A stretch of 64,000 nucleotides of DNA from Deltaproteobacteria bacterium (GTDB lineage: Bacteria; Desulfobacterota; GWC2-55-46). The notes beneath the pieces were generated by a model that did not search any database, had not been told where the DNA came from, and was given only the letters and a program-made list of their open reading frames with translations. Numbering within the stretch: the stretch's first letter is position 1; each line of letters opens with the position of its first letter. The DNA lies in NCBI GenBank assembly GCA_020846435.1, contig JADLDY010000013.1:18906-82905 (forward strand), given 5' to 3'. The position numbers and the translations under genes were made by a program. Shown piece after piece: positions 7,502 through 15,243 of the stretch.

Positions 7502-10246
7502 CTATCCTACTGTCTTGTCCTTGATTATCTTCGGGGTTATGAAGATAAGAAGTTCCTGCTGGGAATCGCTCACCGACTTGTTCTTGAACAGCCATCCGAG
7601 GAGCGGGATGTCTTTGAGGTAAGGTATTCCCTTTTCCTGGTTGTTCTTGTCGGTTATGACTATTCCGCCTATTACAGTCGTCTCGCCGTCTTTCACGAGG
7701 ACCTCGGTCTTGGACTCCTTCTTGTTTATGGAGGGCTGTCCGTCGCTCGTCGTGAAAGTGCCTATCGAGTTCCTCGTCGCCTCGATCTTCATCAGCACGC
7801 TTCCGTCAGGCGTTATGTGCGGGGTGACCTTGAGGGAGAGCTTGGCGTCGACGAACATGGTCGCGGTGCCGGCCGCCGAAGTCGTCTCGAACGGTATTGA
7901 CTCGCCCTGCTCTATCGTCGCTTCCTTGTTGTCGAGGGTCGTGATCCTCGGCCTCGATATGGTCTTCAACTGTCCCTGCGACTCACCGGCCGAGAGCCTC
8001 AAGTCGAGGACAACAGGGTTGACGCCGGCCTTGCCGAGCATGAAGCCTATGGCGCCGAGCGTGCCCGCGTTGCCTGAAGCCGGGAGGTTCACGGCGAACT
8101 TCTGGGCGCCGGTCGCGTTGGTGAACGTAGGCAAGGTGGAAGGAGCCGCGAAAGTCTGACCGGTGGTGCTTGTCGAGCCCATGGTCGTCGTGCGCGTGCC
8201 GCCGGAGGTCTGGAAGTCGACGCCCCACTGGATGCCGAGGTCCCTGGCGAAGCTCGAGGAAGCCTCGACTATCCTGGCTTCGATGAGCACCTGCGGGATG
8301 GCCGTATCGAGCTTGGTGACGACATTCTTGGCCTTGTCTATGCCGTTCCTGATGTCCTTTATTATGAGCATGTTCGTGCGCGTGTCGGTCGTCACGTCGC
8401 CCCTGTCGGAGAGAACGCCCTTGACCTGTTTGATAAGGTCCTCGGCTGTCGCGTAGTTGACAGGCACGAACTCTATTTCCATGTTCTCGAGCTTCTCTTC
8501 GGCCTTCCTCGATGCGAGGACAGACTCCCTCTCCTGCCTTATCCTGAGCGCTGGAGCGACCCTGATGACGTTGCCCTCGACGATGCTGTCAAGGCCCTTT
8601 GCCTTGAGTATGATGTCAAAGGCCTGGTCCCAGGGCACGTTCTTGAGCCTCAGGGAGATGGTGCCCTTGACGTCGTCGGAGGCGACTATGTTGAGGTTGC
8701 TTATCTCGGCGAGGAGGCGAAGGACGTCAGAGACGTTGGCGTCCATCATGTCGAGGTCTATCCTCTTGCCGGTGAACGACTTGTCGTTGAGCACTATGCC
8801 CTTGGGAGCGGGCTCGACAAGAGGAGCGGCTTCAAGCTGGGCAAAATCGACAGCGATGGAGTTTTCAAGCTCCTGTACGCTGTACGACGACTTGTCCTTG
8901 AGCTTCACCAGCACCCTTACGGACCTGGGGTTTAAAGACTCCTGATAGGAGCTTACGGAAACGACGGCCGTATTGAGCTTGGAGGCGTCCAGGGTCCTCG
9001 TGAGAGTCTCCGCTATGGAAGCGTTCTTTATGTCGAGGACGACTGTCTTGCCGTCCTTGCCTTCCCTTATCCTGTACTCCGGCTTGCCGGAGCTCACGAT
9101 GCTGAGCCTGCCCTTGTCGCCGACCTTCTTGAAGTCTACGGCTTCGACCCTCTGACCCTCGTCGACAGGGGCCCTCTCGACCTCAACGGCCTTCACAGGC
9201 TCAGGGGCCGGGGCAGAGACAGCCTTTCTCGCCTGCGCAACCGGGACTGGCGCGGCCTTGCTCTGTGCCGAAGGCTCGACATCCGGGCCTATCGCTATGA
9301 CCAGCGCGCCGTTCTCAGCGGTTATCGAGTGCGGAGGAAGCTTTTTGACAGAGCCGTCAAAGACAAACCTGGTCTTGTCAGAGTAGCTGCCTATCCTTAC
9401 GGCCTTGACGTACTGGCCGGAGAGCTTCTGAGAGTCCTTGCCGGTCGAGTTCATGACGCCCGGGACGTCAACTACTATCCTGGCCGGGTCTGTGAGCACG
9501 AAAGAGTTGTAGCCTGAGGCTACTCCGTCGGTCGCTATCGTTATGACTGTGTTGGCACCGTCCTTCGAGGAGCTCACCTTCGTGGCCATAGTCGCGGCCC
9601 TGCCCTCGGTTGACGCCTCTTCGGAAGGAGCGGAAGACGCGCTCTCGTCTATCGCAGAGCTTGCCACCTCTACCGGCTTTTCAGGGACGGCTTCTACAAC
9701 CGGCTCCTGTGCGACAGTCTCGACCGAAGCCGAGACCACCGAGCCTGTCGGCTGGGGAGCGGTCTTCACGAGGCTCACGAGTATGCTGTTGTCGCCGGTC
9801 TTGACTTCGTGGTCGACGTTGTCGTTGAGCGCGATTATTATCCTGCCTATGTCCTTGTCGTCGCCGTAGGTCACGGCGGTTATGTCGCCGAGATAGTCGT
9901 TCCCGACCGACATGGGAGAGCTGACCCTGGAGAGGTCGACCCCCGGCATGTCAATTATCAGCCTGGAAGGGTCGGAGAGCTTGAAGACCGTGTACCTTAC
10001 CTGCCCTGTCGTGCCGATGAGCACCCTGTCGCCGTCTCCGACGACGTTCACGTACTCGACGGCTACCCTCTGGGCCACGGCCTCGGCCACGTTTACCGAC
10101 GCCGCCTCATCCGCTGCCTGTGCCTGTGTCTTTTCCGCCTCACCCGTTCCCATCGTGCCGGTAGACGCGCAACCCGTTACCGCAAGGCTGCCTCCGAGTA
10201 CCATCGCGAAGAGGGCCTGCCTCAACCGAACTTCTCTCAAACTCAT
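7502..10246 (-). CDS. pilQ: Type IV pilus secretin PilQ (lipoprotein-type signal, three N-terminal AMIN domains, C-terminal secretin).
   Basis: Secretin C-domain (VIRVAPALRIRQ..., ...LLIFITPKII). Three AMIN-like repeats (RLIIDMPGV, RIVVDVPGV, VVLDIKNASI). Lipobox LAVTGC. The ATG at 10246 has a GGAGG Shine-Dalgarno 8 nt upstream; the ORF track begins at 10264. Confidence 0.93.
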   Translation of the reverse strand: MSLREVRLRQALFAMVLGGSLAVTGCASTGTMGTGEAEKTQAQAADEAASVNVAEAVAQRVAVEYVNVVGDGDRVLIGTTGQVRYTVFKLSDPSRLIIDMPGVDLSRVSSPMSVGNDYLGDITAVTYGDDKDIGRIIIALNDNVDHEVKTGDNSILVSLVKTAPQPTGSVVSASVETVAQEPVVEAVPEKPVEVASSAIDESASSAPSEEASTEGRAATMATKVSSSKDGANTVITIATDGVASGYNSFVLTDPARIVVDVPGVMNSTGKDSQKLSGQYVKAVRIGSYSDKTRFVFDGSVKKLPPHSITAENGALVIAIGPDVEPSAQSKAAPVPVAQARKAVSAPAPEPVKAVEVERAPVDEGQRVEAVDFKKVGDKGRLSIVSSGKPEYRIREGKDGKTVVLDIKNASIAETLTRTLDASKLNTAVVSVSSYQESLNPRSVRVLVKLKDKSSYSVQELENSIAVDFAQLEAAPLVEPAPKGIVLNDKSFTGKRIDLDMMDANVSDVLRLLAEISNLNIVASDDVKGTISLRLKNVPWDQAFDIILKAKGLDSIVEGNVIRVAPALRIRQERESVLASRKAEEKLENMEIEFVPVNYATAEDLIKQVKGVLSDRGDVTTDTRTNMLIIKDIRNGIDKAKNVVTKLDTAIPQVLIEARIVEASSSFARDLGIQWGVDFQTSGGTRTTTMGSTSTTGQTFAAPSTLPTFTNATGAQKFAVNLPASGNAGTLGAIGFMLGKAGVNPVVLDLRLSAGESQGQLKTISRPRITTLDNKEATIEQGESIPFETTSAAGTATMFVDAKLSLKVTPHITPDGSVLMKIEATRNSIGTFTTSDGQPSINKKESKTEVLVKDGETTVIGGIVITDKNNQEKGIPYLKDIPLLGWLFKNKSVSDSQQELLIFITPKIIKDKTVG

Positions 10247-10300
10247 TTTAAGACCTCCGTTCATGCTCGCCGGAAAACCGGAACGATGGAATCAGGGTTA

Positions 10301-10807
10301 TCAGAACTTTCTTTCCAACAGTTTCAGCTCGATGTCCTCTGTGGACTTTATCTTGCCGTCCTCGTCCTTCAGGTGCTCGCGAACCACGATTCCCTTCGCG
10401 TTTATCGTTATGACCTTGCCTTCGTTGACGCCCATCACGTCCCCGCGCCTTACGACGTACCTCTTGGCGTCAGGGGCCTGTACGAGCGCGAACCCTTCGC
10501 TGTCATTGACGCCGACGACGGCGGCCAGAATCTTGAAGGTGCTTATCTCGCAGCACTCGAGCGGCCCCTTTACCTTCTTGGACCCGGCCGGTGCCCCCTT
10601 CATGAGAACGATGTGGCTCTGGAAGGGGTTCCTGCGCCTGGCGTCTTCAATGCTCCCGGCGGTGCCAGCGTTCATGTCTATCGTGCCGGCGGGCGCCTGC
10701 TGGGCCGCCTTGGCCGCCTTTTTAACCGGCGGCTGGGCCGGCTCCTCGGCCTTGTTGCATGAGATGAGCAGCGCAAAAGCTATGATTGCGGTGAGGATCC
10801 TGGTCAT
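10301..10807 (-). CDS. pilP: Type IV pilus assembly lipoprotein PilP.
   Basis: Lipobox LLISC. About 168 aa with a C-terminal beta-domain. Its position between pilO and pilQ fits PilP. Confidence 0.8.
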   Translation of the reverse strand: MTRILTAIIAFALLISCNKAEEPAQPPVKKAAKAAQQAPAGTIDMNAGTAGSIEDARRRNPFQSHIVLMKGAPAGSKKVKGPLECCEISTFKILAAVVGVNDSEGFALVQAPDAKRYVVRRGDVMGVNEGKVITINAKGIVVREHLKDEDGKIKSTEDIELKLLERKF

Positions 10808-11409
10808 TTCTTCTTCCTCTGTTCTTCCGCCTGGGGTATGAACCTGAAGGTCGTGGCAGTAAAGTCGGCCTTCAGCAGCGGGACGCGGTTCCTGTGCCCC
10901 AGCGATTTTATGTCCATTCCGCCGAGGTTCACTATCCTCGGCAGCGCGCCTATCTTCTGGCTGAACTCGTAGAGAGACTCGTACCTGCCCTCGACGGTCA
11001 TCCTTACCGGAACCTCGGCGTAAAAGCCCTTCGGGACCTCGGAGCCTGGCCTGAATATCAGTATCTTGAGGCCTGACCTCTCGGCCGAGCTGCTGATGCC
11101 GTCGATGAGGTCGGGGATCTCCTTGGCGTTGGGGAGCTGGGCGACGGCGGCAGCCAGCTTCGCTTCCATCTCTTCTTTTTCGCGGATGTATCTCGGTATG
11201 TCGGCCGCTATCTGCCTGTTCTCGGCCAGCTTGACGCTGAGCTCCTGGAGCTCTACCTTAAGGGCCTTGACCTGGTCGTACTTCGGGCCGGTGAGGAACC
11301 AGTATACGAGCCCGGCGACGGCTACGTTTATGGCCAGGAGTATCAGCACCCTCTTCGCGAGCGGGAGCTTCAATACGGAATCGAAGTTCAGCTTGAGTGT
11401 CAGCGCCAT
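10804..11409 (-). CDS. pilO: Type IV pilus assembly protein PilO.
   Basis: Single N-terminal TM helix plus coiled coil (LKVELQELSVKLAENRQ); ATGA overlaps with its neighbours. Confidence 0.8.
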   Translation of the reverse strand: MALTLKLNFDSVLKLPLAKRVLILLAINVAVAGLVYWFLTGPKYDQVKALKVELQELSVKLAENRQIAADIPRYIREKEEMEAKLAAAVAQLPNAKEIPDLIDGISSSAERSGLKILIFRPGSEVPKGFYAEVPVRMTVEGRYESLYEFSQKIGALPRIVNLGGMDIKSLGHRNRVPLLKADFTATTFRFIPQAEEQRKKK

Positions 11410-11975
11410 TATTTCTTCTCCTCAGGCTTGGGAGGAGCCTGCCGCTCTATCTTTATGATGAAGCTCACCACCTCGACGCCTGTCTCCTTCTCGACAACGC
11501 GCTGGGCTATGTCCAGTTCGACCGTGCCAAGCCCGTTCCTTTCAAGGCCCCTCATGGCGTCGGCCACTATCTCGTCGTCGGCGGCGTAGCCCTCAAGCAC
11601 GATGACGATGCCGTCTTCCCTGAGCGACTTGATCCAGGCCTTCTCAGGCATCGCGGCCGAGACCCTCTGGAAGAGCTTCACCGGGCCGGTCTTGTTGGCC
11701 TCGAGCTGGTTTATTATCCTGAGCTTCTCCTCGACTATCCTCTTTTGTTCCTTTATCTTGGAGAGCTCGCCGATTTTTTTCTTCAGCTCCTCGAGCTCCT
11801 GCTGGCCGGCGGTTATCTGTGCCTTCACGTCGCCAGCCTCGCTCCACACGACCAGGTAGGCGGCCATCGACACGGCGAAGACGAGGAAGGTCACGAGCGC
11901 GGCGACCGTGAGCTGGAACCTTATCGACTCTTTCTTTTTAGCGGCCCTTACGGGCAGAAGGTTTATCCGGATCAT
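11409..11975 (-). CDS. pilN: Type IV pilus assembly protein PilN.
   Basis: MIRINLLPVRAAKKKE followed by a TM helix, the canonical PilN N-terminus. Confidence 0.85.
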   Translation of the reverse strand: MIRINLLPVRAAKKKESIRFQLTVAALVTFLVFAVSMAAYLVVWSEAGDVKAQITAGQQELEELKKKIGELSKIKEQKRIVEEKLRIINQLEANKTGPVKLFQRVSAAMPEKAWIKSLREDGIVIVLEGYAADDEIVADAMRGLERNGLGTVELDIAQRVVEKETGVEVVSFIIKIERQAPPKPEEKK

Positions 11976-13036
11976 CTGTCGGCGAACCTCCTTGTCGCCA
12001 GGCCCACCGCCACTCCGAAGAAGGGAGCGGCTTCCTTGAGCCTGTCCTTGTCGAAGTGCCTGGAGCTTGCATCGATCCCCTTGAACGGGTTGGCGAGCTC
12101 GACCGGTATGGAGGTCTTCTCCTGCATCAGGTTCTGGAGGCCCGTGACTTTCGAGCCGCCGCCGGAGAGGTATATCTTGCTTACGTAGGAACCCTGCGCC
12201 CCGCCGAGGAAGAAGTCAAGGGACCTTTTCACCTCGAAGGTCAGGTTCGTCGAGACGGAGTCTATGGAGGAGGCGAGCTGCTCGGCGTCGGAGTCGCTTT
12301 CCTTCCTGTGGAGCTTCATGTCCTCGGCGTCCTTGAAACTGACGTTGAGCTGCCTCTGAAGCTCTTCGGTGAACTGGTTGCCGCCCATGGGTATGGACCT
12401 GGTGAAGATGGTGAGCCCGCCCATTACGACGCTTATGCTGGTGATGGACGCGCCGATATTGACCATGGCGATGTTCTCGCCTGGGGTCACCGGGTAGTTT
12501 ATCTCCATCATGTTCTCGAGGGCGAAGGAATCGACATCGATGACGACCGGGTTGAGACCGGCCTCCTTGATGACGTTGGTGTAGTCGTTGATGACGTCCT
12601 TTTTGACGGCGACCAGCATGACGTCCATCTGGCCCCTGCCGTCGGTGTCGGCGCCGAGTATCTGGAAGTCGATGTTGACGTCTGATATCGGGAACGGGAT
12701 GTACTGCTCGGCCTCCCACTGAATGGAGTCGGCAAGCTCGTCTTCCGTCATCGCCGGGAAGCTGACCTTCTTGATGATGACCGAATGTCCCGTGAGAGAG
12801 GAGACGGCGTCCTTGACCTTCACGCCGTGTTCCTTTACAAGGTCGCGCAGAGTGTTGGTGACCGTCATGGAGTCGATGATGGAGCCGTCCACTATCGCCT
12901 CAGGGGGCAGTTCAGCCATGCCCATCTTCATGAGCTCCCAGCCCTTCTTGGTCTGGTTCATCTGCACGAGCTTTATGGAATTGGAGCCGATGTCGAACGC
13001 TACGGCCTCGCGCTTCCTCAAGAATGATAAACTCAT
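11972..13036 (-). CDS. pilM: Type IV pilus assembly ATPase-fold protein PilM.
   Basis: Actin/FtsA-like fold; AFDIGSNSIKLVQM...; the ATG at 13036 lies 10 nt after the HTH gene stop. Confidence 0.9.
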   Translation of the reverse strand: MSLSFLRKREAVAFDIGSNSIKLVQMNQTKKGWELMKMGMAELPPEAIVDGSIIDSMTVTNTLRDLVKEHGVKVKDAVSSLTGHSVIIKKVSFPAMTEDELADSIQWEAEQYIPFPISDVNIDFQILGADTDGRGQMDVMLVAVKKDVINDYTNVIKEAGLNPVVIDVDSFALENMMEINYPVTPGENIAMVNIGASITSISVVMGGLTIFTRSIPMGGNQFTEELQRQLNVSFKDAEDMKLHRKESDSDAEQLASSIDSVSTNLTFEVKRSLDFFLGGAQGSYVSKIYLSGGGSKVTGLQNLMQEKTSIPVELANPFKGIDASSRHFDKDRLKEAAPFFGVAVGLATRRFADR

Positions 13037-13046
13037 TACACCCCCG

Positions 13047-13244
13047 TCAATCCAGAAAGATCTTGCCCTTTTCGGCGACCTTGAAACCAAGCGCCTGGAT
13101 TATCTTGCGCTTGGTCTCCATCCTGCAAGGATACCCTTTTTCGATCCTGTCGATGGTAAGAGGCGAAACACTTGCCTGCCTTGCCAGCTCGGACTTACTG
13201 AGGAGCATTCCTTCACGTATCTTTTTTAGATTATTTCTGGACAT
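13047..13244 (-). CDS. XRE-family helix-turn-helix transcriptional regulator (65 aa); first gene of the pilM operon.
   Basis: LSKSELARQASVSPLTIDRIEKG is a typical HTH_3/XRE motif. Confidence 0.65.
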   Translation of the reverse strand: MSRNNLKKIREGMLLSKSELARQASVSPLTIDRIEKGYPCRMETKRKIIQALGFKVAEKGKIFLD

Positions 13245-13336
13245 GGCACAAGCACCTAAGTCACAAACTTCCTGAAAAGGATTTTAATTTCAACAATGTG
13301 TCCTAAGTTTGGCGGAGATATGCCACTTTTAGGTGA

Positions 13337-13365
13337 AATCTATTCCAAAGCGGCATAAATGTCAA
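13337..13365 (-). promoter_or_regulatory. Putative sigma-70 promoter for the HTH-pilMNOPQ operon.
   Basis: On the minus strand: TTGACA (13365..13360), a 17-nt spacer, then TAGATT (13342..13337). The surrounding region is AT-rich in an otherwise GC-rich window. Confidence 0.5.
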
Positions 13366-13519
13366 TCCAATTCTTTTAATTTACCTATAATTACATATAA
13401 CAGATAGATAAAAAAACCGCCTCTTCAGACCCTTCTATGGACTTATCGGCCGTCCGCTCAGTTTTATTTAGGAGAAAATCAAGGGATCAGGCGGCCGATG
13501 AAGAGCCGCTGAGGAGCCT

Positions 13520-13993
13520 TCAGTCAATGACTGCCCTTCCGCTCGTCGCGTTTACGCTTACCGTGTACTGGACAGCGTTCGAAGAGTTCTTGACGCACAG
13601 CACCTCTGTTTCAGCTGTGCCGTTCGGCCTGAAGATGACATCAAAATCGGCGGTGCCGTTGCAGGCCGCGCCTGATGACCAGTTAACTTCGGACGGGATA
13701 GTGGTCCAGGCGCTGACCGAGGTCCAGGCAGTGGACCCTGAGGGCAGATTGCCGCGAGTTATCCTGTACCTCCTGCCGTCCAGGTCAAGCTCCATCCTGT
13801 GCTCGCGGTTGGTCGAAAGGGCCAGCTGCTTGCCGAGACGCAACCCCGAGGCAACTCCCCAGGCCGCTTCTTTATACTTCGCGGAACTGCGCCACGTGAC
13901 AAGGGAAGGCAGGGCTATCGCGCTTAATATCGCCATGATAGCCAGGACCATGAGCGTTTCCGCGAGGGAGAACCCTCTCTGGTTCTTCATCAC
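13520..13993 (-). CDS. Type IV pilin-like pseudopilin, FimT/GspH family (prepilin-type N-terminal cleavage/methylation domain).
   Basis: KNQRG|FSLAETLMVLAIMAILSAIALPSL: class III signal with G-F-x-x-x-E; about 157 aa. Confidence 0.85.
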   Translation of the reverse strand: MMKNQRGFSLAETLMVLAIMAILSAIALPSLVTWRSSAKYKEAAWGVASGLRLGKQLALSTNREHRMELDLDGRRYRITRGNLPSGSTAWTSVSAWTTIPSEVNWSSGAACNGTADFDVIFRPNGTAETEVLCVKNSSNAVQYTVSVNATSGRAVID

Positions 13994-14883
13994 TGCCCCA
14001 CCCTGAGCTCGAAGGTCTGCAATACCGCGCCGCCGTTGCCGTCGTCAGCCGCTATCGTCACCTCGAAGGCCCCCTTTTGCTCGCCGCCTGCGCGCCAATC
14101 CACTGCGCCGTTCTCGATCTTCATGCCCTCCGGGCCTTTTTCAAGGGAGAGCGTTATGGTGTCGCCGTCAAGGTCAGCCACGACCGGCTTGTAGATGAAC
14201 CTGCCGGTGAAATCGACCGGAGGGGAGGATGTGAACTTCGGCGGCGCGTTAGAGGCCCTGCCGAAAGACGCCTTGAAGACCTCGCCCGCTGATTCACTGT
14301 CCCGCGCTGTCACGCTTACGGCGACCTCGTCGCCCCTGGCAAAGCTGCCGGAAGGGAGCATCTGTTCTTCGGCGCCGTAGACGCTCTCGCCGTTGACAGT
14401 CCATTCGTACTTATAGCTTACGGCGTCTCCATCCGGGTCAAAGCCCTGCGCCTCGGCTGTTATGTCATCGCCTTTGTGGAACGGCCTTGGCGAGAGCCTC
14501 ACGGACCTTATGACAGGAGGAGCGTTCACGAGCACGGCCTCAGCCGTCTTCTCAGCTCCAGGGGGGCCGACGATAACCCTTATGACGTCGCCTTTTTTGA
14601 ACCCGGCTGTCGGAAGCGTCTCGCCGGAAGCCATGAGCGGCTCTCCGTTGCGCTCCCAGCGCAATTCACCATCACCGGTGACCAGAGCCCTCAGCATGGC
14701 CCCTGCCCTGGGCTCTTCCGGCATGAGCGTAACTCCCCCATATGAGCGGGCCTGCTCTCCCGCTTCAGGCCCTGAGGCCTTCCCTGAGGCCTTCTCGGGC
14801 TCGTCCTTTGAGCACGACTGGGCCGCGAGAGCCGCCGCCGCGATCAGCGGCAGGATTATAAGAGTACCTGTTTTTTTTCTCAT
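13990..14883 (-). CDS. Lipoprotein with tandem Ig-like / cadherin-like repeat domains, encoded within the minor-pilin operon.
   Basis: Lipobox LAAQSC. Two repeats, each with DPDGD / DLDGDTITL plus beta-rich segments. Confidence 0.6.
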   Translation of the reverse strand: MRKKTGTLIILPLIAAAALAAQSCSKDEPEKASGKASGPEAGEQARSYGGVTLMPEEPRAGAMLRALVTGDGELRWERNGEPLMASGETLPTAGFKKGDVIRVIVGPPGAEKTAEAVLVNAPPVIRSVRLSPRPFHKGDDITAEAQGFDPDGDAVSYKYEWTVNGESVYGAEEQMLPSGSFARGDEVAVSVTARDSESAGEVFKASFGRASNAPPKFTSSPPVDFTGRFIYKPVVADLDGDTITLSLEKGPEGMKIENGAVDWRAGGEQKGAFEVTIAADDGNGGAVLQTFELRVGQ

Positions 14884-15242
14884 GGCAGCTGCATGAACCC
14901 GTATCTGGGCCTTTCCTTTTTGCTTATCCTGCCGGGCAGGTAGTAGACATCAACGGCAGTAATGCTGCCGTCGCTTTCCTTGACGCCCTCGACGTACAGC
15001 CACTTGTACCGCGAGATCTCCCTTGAAGCGGACTTCCTGCCTTTTGAGTCGAAGAACCTCGTCTCAGCGGTCAGGTTGACCTTCACGGTCTCGTTGAGTA
15101 TCACAGAGGACGGGGTCCTGGCGTTGATCACGCCCTGCATGAATTTGTACTCCCTGTCGTCTTCCACCTCGACGCCCCAGGCTGAGTGAGCGCCAAGCAA
15201 CAGAATCAAAAGGGCAACTGCCATAAACTTCGATCTATTCAT
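14880..15242 (-). CDS. Small secreted protein (120 aa) in the PilY2-equivalent position.
   Basis: Signal peptide MAVALLILLLGAHSAWG. It sits between pilY1 and the lipoprotein, with its stop overlapping the next gene's start. Confidence 0.55.
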   Translation of the reverse strand: MNRSKFMAVALLILLLGAHSAWGVEVEDDREYKFMQGVINARTPSSVILNETVKVNLTAETRFFDSKGRKSASREISRYKWLYVEGVKESDGSITAVDVYYLPGRISKKERPRYGFMQLP

Positions 15243-15243
15243 A

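Noticed and set aside
9809-10841. 317-aa and 309-aa plus-strand ORFs overlapping pilQ and pilP.
   Set aside because: Antisense or shadow ORFs; the minus-strand frames carry the secretin and PilP signatures.
13311-13325. Possible second sigma-54 promoter (TGGCAT-N-CGCC on the minus strand) upstream of the HTH-pilM operon.
   Set aside because: The GG-to-GC spacing is off by one and the -12 element is CG rather than GC; the sigma-70 hexamers nearby fit better.
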